A DNA stretch of 64,000 nucleotides from the human T2T-CHM13v2.0 reference genome, Homo sapiens. How positions within the stretch are numbered: the first letter of the stretch is position 1; each line of letters opens with the position of its first letter. The notes below the pieces were generated by a model that was given only the letters and a program-made list of their open reading frames with translations, was not told the origin of the DNA and did no database searches. Both the position numbers and the translations under genes were made by a program. Location of the stretch: NCBI RefSeq assembly GCF_009914755.1, contig NC_060928.1. One strand, 5' to 3'. Below are positions 1 through 13,880 of this stretch, piece after piece.

Positions 1-1040
1 TTCTCTCTAAGATAGATTTTTCTTGGCTATGGTAAAGAGGTAAATATATAAATATAAAACACTGCTAGAATGAAAATAAAAGTGTATCTCAGAAATATGT
101 AGCTCATATTTATTTTATTCTAAATTGTAAAAATGAAGAGACAATTTCCTTAGAAAATTTAGTTACCTATAATTTTAATTATTTGTATGAAATACTTATA
201 CCCAATGATGGGGTTCAGTGATTCCTCAAGCCAGTCTATTTTCTCTGGTCACCATTATTACTATTAGTACATGAAATCATTTTTATTGTAATGCCTTGCC
301 AATAATTGTGGCATTATAAAAATAACTTACAGAAGTCTGTGAATCAAAATCAAATGTGCTGTCTTTAATCTATTTTTAAAATGTTTCCTATTACAAGAAA
401 CAACAAGTACTGTTATGATAACTGTATGTAGAAAAAAAGACTTTAATAATTTACCCAAAGACGCACACTTGTTTTATGTGACTTAAAGTATCTGTAAAAT
501 GTATCATATATCTATTTTTGTCAAGCACATTTTATATGTCAAATGAAATCGTGATGCATAAGAACATTATTCTTGATGGAGAATAATTACTGAGGGTATA
601 AATTTCCAAAAACTAACAGAATACATTTTTAAATAGAAAATAATCTGGATTTATATAATGAATTTCATCATGATTTTAATTAATCTGAAAGCTTCTATTC
701 TATACTTTAGAGGGTGGCCTGGAGTATTGTTATTATTATGTATTAAAAATTACTACGAATTAATAATGTTCACGGTGGTTACCAAAGTTCATAGAAAGAG
801 TTGTTCCACATACTTTAAGTTGATTTACATAGCACAGATTTGTGAGGTGAGTGCCAAATCTATTTCAAATATTGTATTGGAAGCATCTGGCTTAGCTTCC
901 AAATTTTGTATGGCAAAGCTTCATACAAATTTTCCCAGCAATTAACCGTCAAAGCCAGATCTGTAGTACTTGGTTCAGACTTGTTAAGTGTTATTCCTTC
1001 CATTTCAATGATAAAATAAAATCAATTTTTAAAATGCTCA

Positions 1041-1437
<397 letters not shown>

Positions 1438-1904
1438 TTAAAGGTGAAATATTTGAAGTGGAATAAAAATAGAGGGTATAGTTATACCAGAATTTCTTTA
1501 ATAAACCCAGGTTTTAATGGAGTTCATACAAAAGATTTAAGGAGCAACGGGATCTAAGAGAGAAAAAAAAAATAAGTGGACTGCTTCATCCTTGAGCACA
1601 GAATTGAGATGGCTAAATTCCAGAATTACTTGAGGCTTTGAGACTGGCTTTCACAGGGTACAGTGACTTGGGTTCCTACAGGAAGCTATAATCAGGGAAG
1701 AGAAATTTTGTTTAAGGTGGGTTTTGAAGACAATTTTTGGCCATTGCTCACCAGGAGTGTAATGATGGCTTTTAGACATTTTTCTCTTAAGAATTTCATT
1801 TAACCACAATTGATGGACTATTTAAGTACCGGGGCAAACGCATTCTTCCCAGTCTTTGTGACTAAATGAGGAAAACCAGTAACAACTGCAATAATATATG
1901 AAAA

Positions 1905-2100
1905 TGGATACTGTTTATTGAGTGCTGTTAATAACTAAAGAACTGATAACAACCCTACTGAGTATTAACAACTACTATACTCCTTTTTGAGATAAGAAGA
2001 TCGTGCAGGGTAACTTGCCCTATTGTTTGTAAACTTGAAGACTACATTTGAATCCAGGCCCTTCAAGTATGTAGCTCAGATTTTAATATAATTTATTATA
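1905..2100 (-). mobile_element. MIR relic
   Basis: tttattgagtgct...aacaaccct...gtaacttgccc...atttgaatccagg, degenerate MIR core. Confidence 0.55.
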
Positions 2101-2457
2101 TCCCCTTGATAAGGCACAGTTTTTATAAATATTCTTACTCTGCATTAATCAGAGTTCATTATGTAAATTATGTTTAACTGAGATTGCTTTTGTTTCTTTG
2201 GTGTAATTTCATACTTTTAAAGTATTTCAATATATCGCAATGACACTTTCTGGCTATGTATCAATATTTAATCAAGCTGATGAGAACTGATAAATATGTG
2301 TAATGGTAGCAGGCTTACACAAAAATATTGAAATACCATCAGTTAAAATATTGAATCAAAATGAAAAAGAAGGTAATTAATGATACAAAATATAATCAAC
2401 AAATCTAATAATAATCAAGCAAAATTGTCACAACATAAAAATAATTCAACTTAGTAC

Positions 2458-2484
2458 CTTCTTCTCTCCATAATATGTTAGCTA
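2458..2484 (-). CDS. FSTL5: FSTL5 27-nt coding microexon, (L)ANILWREE(G)
   Basis: Minus strand reads ttttctttttcttctttttctttcaacatgctgcag|TAGCTAACATATTATGGAGAGAAGAAG|gtacta. Phase 1/1. It continues the upstream exon in frame as SARKT-LANILWREEG, matching the FSTL4/FSTL5 sequence as I remember it. Confidence 0.93.
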
Positions 2485-3579
2485 CTGCAGCATGTTGAAA
2501 GAAAAAGAAGAAAAAGAAAAATGAGTAAAGAGAGCTTTTGCTATATGGTAATATAAATATTATTAAAGATGTCAAATATCTATGATAGAATGTGTATATA
2601 AACGTAGTGAAGTTAATTCAGTGAGCTACTTTAAATTAACAAAACAATAGCATGTTGGAATTAGCTAATAATGCTTTGTACATTTTTTGATATAGCCAAT
2701 TCTTATTTGGAATACAGATTTTGTTATTAAACAAAGAACATTTTACTCTGCATTGAAAAGAATAGGAAGTTTATAAGTTAGTTTAATTGAAATGTATTTT
2801 TAGAGCAAGCATTAGTAGTTAAAACTATTAGGTTGACAGTTTATTTAAGTTGCTAATAGAAAAAGTTACACTCTTAAATTTTGCAATAATCACAATATAT
2901 ATTTTCACATAATATGAAATATTCCTGAACAAGAACAGTTCTTGTAAATCCAAGATCTTGAACAACAAATTGGCCTATTTTTAAAGAGTATATGTTTTTA
3001 CTGTTTTAAAACAGACAGAAAATAGATCTAAGTATACTTCGCTTCTTTTAGTACATACTGAATTGTTCTTGAACCACAGGTTTTAAAAATATTATATAGT
3101 GACTTAATCAGTAAAGAGCTAATATATTAAGATAGAAATTAAGAAAAAAATCCAGTTGAAACTATTCTGAAGGAAATGCCTGCTTCTTTAATAATTCAAA
3201 GTTACAATAACACTATATGTTCTTAAAGCAAAATCATAAAAGTGTAACTAATAGAAAATCTCATACACAGCAATTACTTCCAGTATTTTGACCATATTAA
3301 AACTTAATGACTTTTTTTTCCAACTGAACCCACATGTGTATGTTTTAGAGCCAAGAATGAAGTCTAGCACTCCTCACCTACGGCTGAAGGCCCAAGTCAT
3401 GCAGTTTTCAGCATCTGCTATATTTCTTTAAAAAATTAATTATTAATGGTAAACATTGCAATTTTTAGATTTTTAATTCCTTAATGACATTTATTCAAAC
3501 ATAAATACATGATGTGTGCATTCCTGCAGCACATTTTATGCTGTTGTTCTTGTGCCAGCAGTGCACTTTGAACAAATAC

Positions 3580-3735
3580 GAAAAAAGTATAACTTTCAAT
3601 TATGAGATGAGTAAGTTCTGAACATGTAATGTACAATGTGGGTAGTGATGGATGTGTTAATGATTGTGATAATCATTACATAATATATACATCATCTTTT
3701 CATCTTAAACATATTCAATCTTTGTCAACTAAATA
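3580..3735 (+). mobile_element. Old L1M 3' end fragment
   Basis: gatgagtaagttctg...aatgtacaatgtg...gatggatgtgttaa...gattgtgataatcatt. Confidence 0.55.
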
Positions 3736-3744
3736 TGTTATAAG

Positions 3745-4750
3745 ATGATAAAAAGACAAATCTTGTTCTCAAGGAGAGGTTATAGACATAGGAGGAAAGA
3801 GAACATTGAAAACAAATAAATACAAACATGTAATAAATGAAAGGGAAGAAGCAAATTTCAAATTCAGCAAATGTGGACAAGACAGAATGATCAGCTATGA
3901 GAAGAAGATGGGTACTGGAGGGACAGCTTCATTGAGATGGTGCTGAACAAGAAATGTAATATTACCAAAGCTTACAAGAGTGCTGTGCGGTGTAGGGGGC
4001 TAGAGAGGTTATTCCATACATGAGGAAAAAAGAAAATATGTTCAAGGTATATCAACCAGAAGCATCAGAACATATTGAGAGAATGTGTCAAGTAATTTGG
4101 TATATTTGGCGGGTAAGACTGGTTTAAAAAAATAAAGCTGGAGAATTTATTCATGATAAAATCAAGTAAGTCTGCACACACAATGCAAAAGAAGTGGATT
4201 TTTTTGTAGTTTTAGGAAAGGTTGAACTATGATTAGACTTATAAATCTTTCTCTGGCCTATACAAAAATAACAAAGCATGTGTTTCCTTATATCTCCACC
4301 CACTTACTTGGTGAGTACCAATTGAGTACCTAACATGTGTTAGATGTATTCAGCACTCACATACACAGGTTAGAACAGGCAATCTCTGTGCCCATAGAAC
4401 CTATATTCTAATTGGGGAGACAAAAAGTAATCAAATGATGACAGAAAAAAATTCAAAGTTATGAATTTAGTGTGTTATAGAGAGAAAAACATAGTAATGT
4501 GAATGCATTTGTTGGGTGGATTAGACATTGTTAAACAGGGGGAACTTCTCTAATTATGATCAAGGTGAAGTATGAGAAATGAGTAAGAATAAATGAAGTG
4601 AAGGGTATGATTCAATTTCCAGATAGAAAAAAAGCATGTGAAAAATTCTAGTGGCATATCAAAGCACCACTATTTTAAAGGAGTAAGGACATTAGAACTA
4701 AGGACAGAGACATTTTTAAGACTGGCAGTCATTTAGGAATAAATACCAAA
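3745..4750 (-). mobile_element. L2 relics
   Basis: attgagtacctaacatgtg...ctctgtgcccatagaacctatattctaattggggagaca, typical degenerate L2 3' region. Confidence 0.5.
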
Positions 4751-5323
4751 AATTACAGACTTTGTAATAGATAAAAATCAAGGCACTACATAATGAATTT
4801 AAAATTACATAAGCTAAAACACAGTATTATGTTTTAACTGTTAAAGTTGGATGTAAAATAAATAAATCCACAATCTCGGTCTGTTTCTTTAACATATCAC
4901 TCTCAATATTTGAAAAATGAAGAAAAATAAAGACGAAGTTTTAATAATACAATTATCAAGATTGAATTACTGTATTTATAATGATTGTTTTACTACACAA
5001 ACAGAAAGCATTTTCCAATTTTATTGACATATCTTCAAGGGTGGCCACGAAGTAAACTACAAAACAAAAAGCCTGGCTCTACTCTGTAAATCTGTTCCAA
5101 TAAGCAGAGATTGTTTCTGCATTTTCAGACAAGAAGTAAAAATGCAAATATACAAATCTTCAAGCCCATAAAATTCACCAATAAATTGAATATTTTTAAA
5201 AACCAAATATAACCACAATTTATATAAAACATATCAAAAAAAGAAAATTAACCATGTGGTCCCAAAGAGTTTTAAGCAAATGATAATACACAGACTGAAC
5301 TGAAGCACTACTGAACCAAACAA

Positions 5324-5328
5324 GGGGG

Positions 5329-5387
<59 letters not shown>

Positions 5388-5415
5388 GAAGAGGAGGAGG
5401 AGGAGGAGGAGAAAG
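5324..5415 (+). repeat. G run, (GA)n (about 25 units) and (GGA)n polypurine tract
   Basis: Directly visible. Confidence 0.95.
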
Positions 5416-6075
5416 AGGGCCTTTTGATGGGTGGAGGGGAGTAGGGAGAGGATCAGGAAAAATAACTAATGGGTACTTGGCTTAATACCAGGGTGATTCC
5501 TCAAAGACCTAAAAACAAGAAATACCATTTGACACAGCAATCCCATTACTGGGTATATACCCAAATGTGTATAAATGTATATAAATCATTCCATTATAAA
5601 GACACATGCACACATATATTCATTGCAGCACTATTCACAATAGCAAAGATATGAAATCAACCTAAATCCCCATCAGTGGTAGACTGGGTAAAGAAAATGT
5701 GGAATACATACACCATGGAATATTATGCAGCCATAAAAAGAACAGGATCATGTCCTTTGCAGGAACTTGAATGGAGCTGGAGGCCATTATCCTTAGCAAA
5801 CTAATGCAGGAACATTAAAAGAAATACCACATGTTCTCACTTATAAGTGGGAGCTAAATGGTGTGAAAACACGGAAACATGAAAGAGAACACACTGAGGC
5901 CTGTTGGAGTGTGGTGGATAGGAGGAGAGAGAATATCAAGAAAAATAACTAATGGGCACTTGGTTAATACTTGCATGATGAAGTAATCTGTACAACAAAC
6001 CCCCATGACACACATTTACCTATGTAACAAATCTGAACATGAACCCCTGAACTTAAAATTTTAACAAAAAGAAAT
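5416..6075 (+). mobile_element. Older L1PA (about PA12-15) ORF2 end and 3'UTR, preceded by an extra 3'UTR piece
   Basis: aataccatttgacacagcaatcccattactggg...aaaaataactaatggg...gtacaacaaacccccatgacac. Confidence 0.85.
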
Positions 6076-6259
6076 TAATTTAATACATGATATTAGTTTG
6101 TCAATTAAGGACCGTCAATATAATTTAACCAAACAAAAATGCAATCTGATAAAATACATAGCATATTACTAAGTATAATATAAATTCTCTTAGTAAACTA
6201 ATAAACTAAGAATACAGGGATATTTAAATTAATAAAAAATTAACATACACCAGAATAAT

Positions 6260-6712
6260 AAATAAGTGACCATCAATGGATGATTGGATAAATAAAGTAT
6301 TACACACACACACACATACACACACACAGACACAGACACACACACCATGGAATACTACTCAGCCATAAAAAGAAATGAAATCTTGTCTTTTGCAGTAACA
6401 TGGATGGAACCACAGGCCAGTATCCTAAATGAAATAACCCAGAAACAGAAATTCAAATATTGAACGTTCTCACTTACAAGTAAGAGCTAGAAAATGGGTT
6501 CACATGGACATAAAAAAGAAACAATAGACATTAGTGGGAGGGTTGGAAGTAGGTGAGGAATGAAAAATAACATATTGGGTACAATGTTTACTATTCAGGT
6601 GATAGTTACACTAAAAGCCTAAACTTCACCACTAGGCAATAGATCCATGTAACAAAACTGCACTTGTACTCCCTAAATCTATAAAAGTGAAATTTTTTAA
6701 ATAGATAAATAA
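6260..6712 (+). mobile_element. L1PB-like 3' end with internal (CA)n
   Basis: ccatggaatactactcagcc...actaaaagcctaaacttcaccact...gtaacaaaactgcacttgtac. Confidence 0.8.
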
Positions 6713-7219
6713 ATGGAGAATCAAAATATTGAATTGTGATTACTATTTAAAATTAATTTTTGATGGGTTGATCAATTCATTAATCTAAGAAACAAATATA
6801 AATTGTATAAATAGTATAAATAGAAGACAATCAAAATTTGAAGGTAAAATCAGTCCCAAAAGATTAAAGTAAAAGTACAAATTAAGTTCATAAGATCAAT
6901 TACTTAGCAAGCTACAAGATAAATATCCAATTTCTATATTTTTCTTCTGTAAGAATAAGATGCAAAATAAAATTTTGTTTGCAATAGCTTAAAAGCATAA
7001 TATATTGATGGTTTACTAGAATATAGAAAGTGTAGCAAATTAAATGTAACAGCCACTAAAAATAAGCTAGATGGGAATATAAACTATTCCTAGATGAAGA
7101 TAATGAATACTATGTAGATAAAATGTATTTTGCAATTACTTAACTTAAAAATTATATATATTGTTATTATCTGTTTAAAACATATTCCATTTTATATACA
7201 AAGTTAGAATGTACATTAA

Positions 7220-7565
<346 letters not shown>

Positions 7566-8444
7566 GATGCATTTTTTCATGTCTTTTCATTACTTTTCTG
7601 ATTTTCATATAAATGCCTACATATATGGAAATTTATCTGATAAAATATATAAATATATAATATATAAATATAATTTTTCATTCCTTTTATTCATTTGTTA
7701 TAACATGCCTAATATAGTCTTTATACATGGTTTGAAATACTGTTTCATCATATGAAATTCTGCCTTTTAAAAGTATTATGATTTACTTTATTAATTCTAA
7801 CCTAGTACCAATATCAGATGCTAGCATAAGTAATAGAAGCTCAATAAATATCATTGGCCTTTATCAGTCATACAGGTGTATGTGTATGTGTGTGGTGTGT
7901 GTCTATGTGATTACTGTGATGACCATCCCGCTAAGTAGTTATTTCCAGTAGTATATGTTCCTGCAAGAGGTATGAAAGCCTTTAAAACATTTGATATATG
8001 TCAGGTTGATTTCCAAAAGATTGTTACCAGCACCACCAGCAATCTGTGAAATTATTCATTTCAAACACTTCAGGTGAACTATTATTGAATGCATGTGTGT
8101 GTGTGCATGACCTTGTGAACAAGCTTACTAAATGTGAATATATATATACACATATATAATATATATAAATTAAAAACATAATGTATTATATATTATATTC
8201 TTATATATATATTAGTTTGGTTACCTGTGATATTGAATATATTTGGAAATATTTGGAGAAAACTTTTACCTTCTGCTTATGTCCTCAGCTCCTTATTTCT
8301 ATTAGGGTATTGTAATATATATATTTTACATTTTTAACAGCTGCTTCTATATTGGAATGGCTTAGTTTCACCACATTAATTTATCCTTCAGACAATATAA
8401 ACAGCTACATATAATAAATTCAGGCTTAAATATGCCACTACTGT

Positions 8445-8709
8445 TATATATATACATGTGTGAATTTATTATATGTAAATATATATTTTTTTACATATTC
8501 TTATCAATGTCCTTAGTATGTCTGTGTATATATACACACACTAAGTATATATGTATAGTGAATTTATATGTAATTTATTATATATATACACACATATATA
8601 AAAATATATTTACATATAGTAAATTATATATATTTCATATAATAAATTATATATACACACACTAAGTATATATGTATAGTGAATTTATTATATGTAAATA
8701 TATATATAT

Positions 8710-8746
<37 letters not shown>

Positions 8747-8772
8747 TTTTTTTTCCTCAATGTCCTTAGTAT
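8445..8772. repeat. TA/CA-rich low-complexity region with local direct and inverted duplications; (CA)n at 8712-8744
   Basis: Repeated blocks described in findings. Confidence 0.85.
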
Positions 8773-8899
8773 AGCACATAGGGGCTTCCATGATATGTCC
8801 TTGTCATCTTCAACTCACATTCCAAACATCAAGACTTTTTGAATCTCTTTATTTTAAGGGCTATCCTTACCAGAAATCTCCACCTAGTTTTCTCTCCAG

Positions 8900-9173
8900 T
8901 AAGACCCATGCTCTGTTGCCCAGGCTGGAGCGTAGTGGTGTGATCTCTGCTCAACACAACCTCCACCTGTTCAAGCGATTCTTGTGCCTCAGCCTCCTGA
9001 ATAGCTGGGATTACAGAAGTGTGCCACCATACCTGGCTAATTTTTATATTTTTCATAGAGATGGGGTTTCACTGTGTTGGCCAGACTGGTCTCGAATTCT
9101 TGACCTCAGGTAATCTGCCTGCCTCGGCTTCCCAAAATGTTGGTATTGCAGGCATGAGCCACCGTGCCTGGCC
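8900..9173 (-). mobile_element. Alu (old S or J), no tail
   Basis: ctctgttgcccaggctggag...gagccaccgtgcctggcc. Confidence 0.92.
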
Positions 9174-10744
9174 AACCCAGCTTAGTTTTTAAACTATAGT
9201 TAGTCTGTCTGGAACCAAGACTTTGGACTAAATAACTTTTCCTTTCACACATGGAGCCCTGTGAAACAACTAATGTACTCAATATACAATAAAAATTATC
9301 TGCTTTGATATCTTTTATTCATAATTGAACAATAAAACCCTCAAAGTTATAAACCACTTAATTTAATATGTATTCACTACATAACTGAAATGTAAAATTT
9401 TTTTTGAAGATAATATACACCTTATAATGAAAATGTGCTCAGTGGAATAGATGCCTGACAGGAGTGACTGAAACCTTTACTAGTGCTTTTTAGTAAATTG
9501 CCTTATTTCCTGTGTTAGGATCTTACACTTATTTTCAAAATGATGGATCTCATATTAAATATGCTACCTCTATAAAGAAACGTATGTGGAGAGTTGAATG
9601 ATATATAAGCAACAGCAATAAGGTAGTTACCTACATAACATCATGCTGTACTATTGCAGAGCTACTTTTCTTGGCTATTCATGTGTAAATTGCCTGAATT
9701 TTATATTAAATAATTTTTTTTTGCTTGTCCTTCTCCTTTTCTGAAAGTTTCGGGTTTTCACCATTGCAAATCATTTTTTGATAAAATGAACTTATATAAT
9801 GATAACATTTAAATTAGATGTCTTATTGACTGCTTTCCTTTTGGATTTAAGAAACTGACTTAACTTCAGCAGCTAAATAAAAAAGGGCAACCTTAAAATA
9901 AAAAATGTGGATAAAGTGTAATCTGTAAAAACTTATGGTTAGTTCTATGGTAGTTGAAATTTCTTTGAATATACATATGGAGAATGAACTAAGACTTTAA
10001 CCTATGCTATTTTTAGGCTAGAAACAACATTTGATATGTCAAGTACATTGCCGGTCATATGCCAAATTTAAAGCCACTTTCAAATGAACCTGTCATTCTT
10101 GGAAATTAATTGAAGATTGTTTCCTCCTGTGACCACACAGGGTTTTAACCTAACGTCTAACATAAGCTGATTAGGCTGCAGTGCCCAGCTTACATTAGGG
10201 CACGTAATACAGAAATTAGCCAGAAAACTGTGACCTTAATTTTGAAAAAGTGATGAGATGGGATAATCATATTCTTTTGGGAGGTAACTGGAATCAAGAA
10301 ATGACACTTGGAAAGCAGAGATCAGAGAGAACAGGAGCTTTAAGGATGCATAGCAAAAGGCACGATAGGGTGGTATAGTCAGGACTATGATAACTTGTGA
10401 CTTAAGAAGGTATGACATGGAAGAAGAGTCCACACAACCCAGGAGAGAGGCAAGAAAAGTCAGAAGTTGTCTAACTATGTAATGCAGATTTCTGGGTTCT
10501 GAATGTGGATGCATCTCTGGCTGCTTCACACTGCCAGTTTAAAGTTCACCTTAGTTTTCAAATAATCTATTACTTAATCAAACAATATAAGTCTACTCCT
10601 GACAATCAAATTAGTCTCATTGAATCCACGACAAGGTAAGAATTGTTGCTAAGTCAAAAGATTAAAGCCACCGCAAAAATAAAAAAATAAAAACAACATC
10701 CATCTTTCCTTCAAACCAAGTAAACAAAGTAGGCAGTGGTTATG

Positions 10745-11222
10745 TCATAGCGTGTAACAAACTGTCTCAAACTTAGTGGCTTAAAACAATAATAAACATT
10801 TATGGTCTTTGCAAATGTAGCTTGGCTGGGAGGGTTCTTGCTCAGGGTATTTCATGAGGTTACATTCATCTGAAGGCTTGTCCTGTGCTGGAAGATCCAC
10901 TTCTTAAGGTGCTCATTTATATGGCTGGCAATTTGGTGCTGCTTGTTAGCAGGAGGTCTCAGTTTTTTATTCCCTGGCCTTCTGCCCAAGGCTGCCTAAG
11001 TGTCCTCACATTGTGTCAATGGGTTTCTCCCAGAAATGTGTGATCCAAAAAACCAAGGCAGAGGCCATAATGCCCTTTATGACCTGGCATCGGAAGACAC
11101 TCATCTTCACTTCCACCCTGCTTTATGTGTGATAGAGACATTTACTGTTTCAACGTGGGAAGAGATTGCAAGGGTGTGTATTGCAAGAGATGACGGTAAC
11201 TAGTTAATCTTGGACACCACAG
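10745..11222 (-). mobile_element. MLT1-family (ERVL-MaLR) LTR
   Basis: gtaacaaactgtctcaaacttagtggcttaaaacaa...catctgaaggcttg...gctggaagatccacttc. Confidence 0.75.
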
Positions 11223-11227
11223 TCTTA

Positions 11228-11535
<308 letters not shown>

Positions 11536-13548
11536 ACGAAATTTCTAATAAGAAAACATAAAAACTTTTCTAGCTAACATCCTCCTAGCCAGATTGGCAA
11601 CACCTAAGCTTCTAATTATATATACATACTAAGCCCACCGCTGTCAGAAAGTGACTTGATTTTGACAATTCTTCACACAAATGAGTGTGATTTTTTACAT
11701 AATAAATGATAAACAGTGACATAATTAAATAATTGTGAGTAATTAGCTACAGATAAATAGGGAAGAAACATTGCCTTCTAACTCACTCATACTGTATCAT
11801 TTTAAGTATGTGGCAAGCAAAGTTGCTTCTTCTTTTGGTTTAACTTCCCCATTTAGAAAATATACCATAGGGAGAAGACAATTTAAAAATAAAATGATTA
11901 TAATATATATTAAGTGCCTGGCACATAATCAGTTGTTCAATAGATGTTGGTTTTGCAGCCATATATATCCTAGGCGGAACTCAAGATGATCATACACATA
12001 AAGTTAAATTAATAGAAAAGTATCCAAAATAAAACATTGCAAAAAAGTATACCTTAACCTTTAGTTAGGGCTATATGAGAACTCTCCTTATCATTGCAGA
12101 GAACAGAATCATTAGAGAAGTAGACTACTTAGATATTAATTAGCATATGTTCAAGAAAAAAATTAAGATGGTAAAGCTTTAAAGCTTTCTTTAAAGTTGC
12201 TGTAATAAACCACAACATTTTTTAAGGGGCATTATTTCTAATAATTATATTCCTACTACATATTCTGAGCTCCTCACTGTTTAATATTTAAGTGTATTTG
12301 AAATGTATAATATATATAAGGTTAACATATCAATATAATTGTATTTATAATATAAAATAAAATAGCCCATATTTGAAGGAAATTGACTACTTTAAAACAA
12401 TATTTATTATCAGGATAAAAATTGCTAGATATTTTGTGAGGGAAATTATAAATTATAACAAAAAACATCAAAGACATCGTATATGCTGCTGTATATAGGC
12501 ATTCTAAGTAAACACATAGTTTATAATTCAACTAAATTGGCTTATCTTTAAAGACACGTAGGAGTAAATATATCCTATACTCTACCATACCAACTAATTA
12601 TATGTGGTTGGAACAAAGGAAAAACTAACCCTAGAACTGAAGTTTTCTTTAAAGTACTTTAAATATATCTTAGTTCTTGAAAAGGTTTGTGATAGAGCAC
12701 CCAGAAATCTGAGTTATGCAGTAAGAATTTTGATATCAAAAATTGAAGAATTACAAAACAATAATTTCTTTCATAAACAATCAAACTTTAAGCATGGCAG
12801 AATTTAGGATCTTGAATTAAAATGTATCCTGGTGGTCCCAAGAAGATGGATTAATTGTAGAATTAATTTGCTATTTTATTTATTTGTTAAGTCATCCTGT
12901 TGAATTGGAATATTTGGCACTGGCCAACTCATCTTTAGCCTGGGGTGTCTCTGAATCTTTTGTCCTTGGATATTTTTTCCTTCTCTGTGATTTCATTTTG
13001 AATGTAGCACTTACTCAAAAAACATTAATATCCTTGCTTTACTTGCATTAATGGGGAGGGATGGCAGCTTCTGCTTAAAATGACATAATAAGCTCTAGAT
13101 GTTTTCATCCCAACTCTTCAGTGTTACCACTTACAGTATCTGTTCTCCTAAAACATTTGATGGATAGGCTTCTATTTAGTATAATTTACCTATCTTGCTA
13201 GATGAATTAAGTGAAACTCATGGTGATTTGAATATTACAAATCAGTTCAATATATTGAAAGAGAGGAAAATATTGAAATTATAAAAATGTCTCAAGTCAT
13301 CCACAGTGTTTTTTTTTTCCTGTAATTACTCACATACATCTTACATTAATATTAATACATTAAATCCTCTGGTCATAATGCTACCTGATTTTAAATCTCT
13401 ATTCTGTGAGAAGCCTTAAGTCTTCTTTATATGTTTAAGTGCCTGTAAATCAGTTTGAGAACCACAATTTTTCTCCTTAGTTTAGAAGGAAAAATTAAAG
13501 CATAGAAAAGTAACATCAATATCTAAGCCTGGTTAAAGAAAAACTGGT

Positions 13549-13880
<332 letters not shown>

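Noticed and set aside
12173-12188. Palindrome aaagctttaaagcttt
   Set aside because: A short tandem 8-mer that is expected by chance or slippage.
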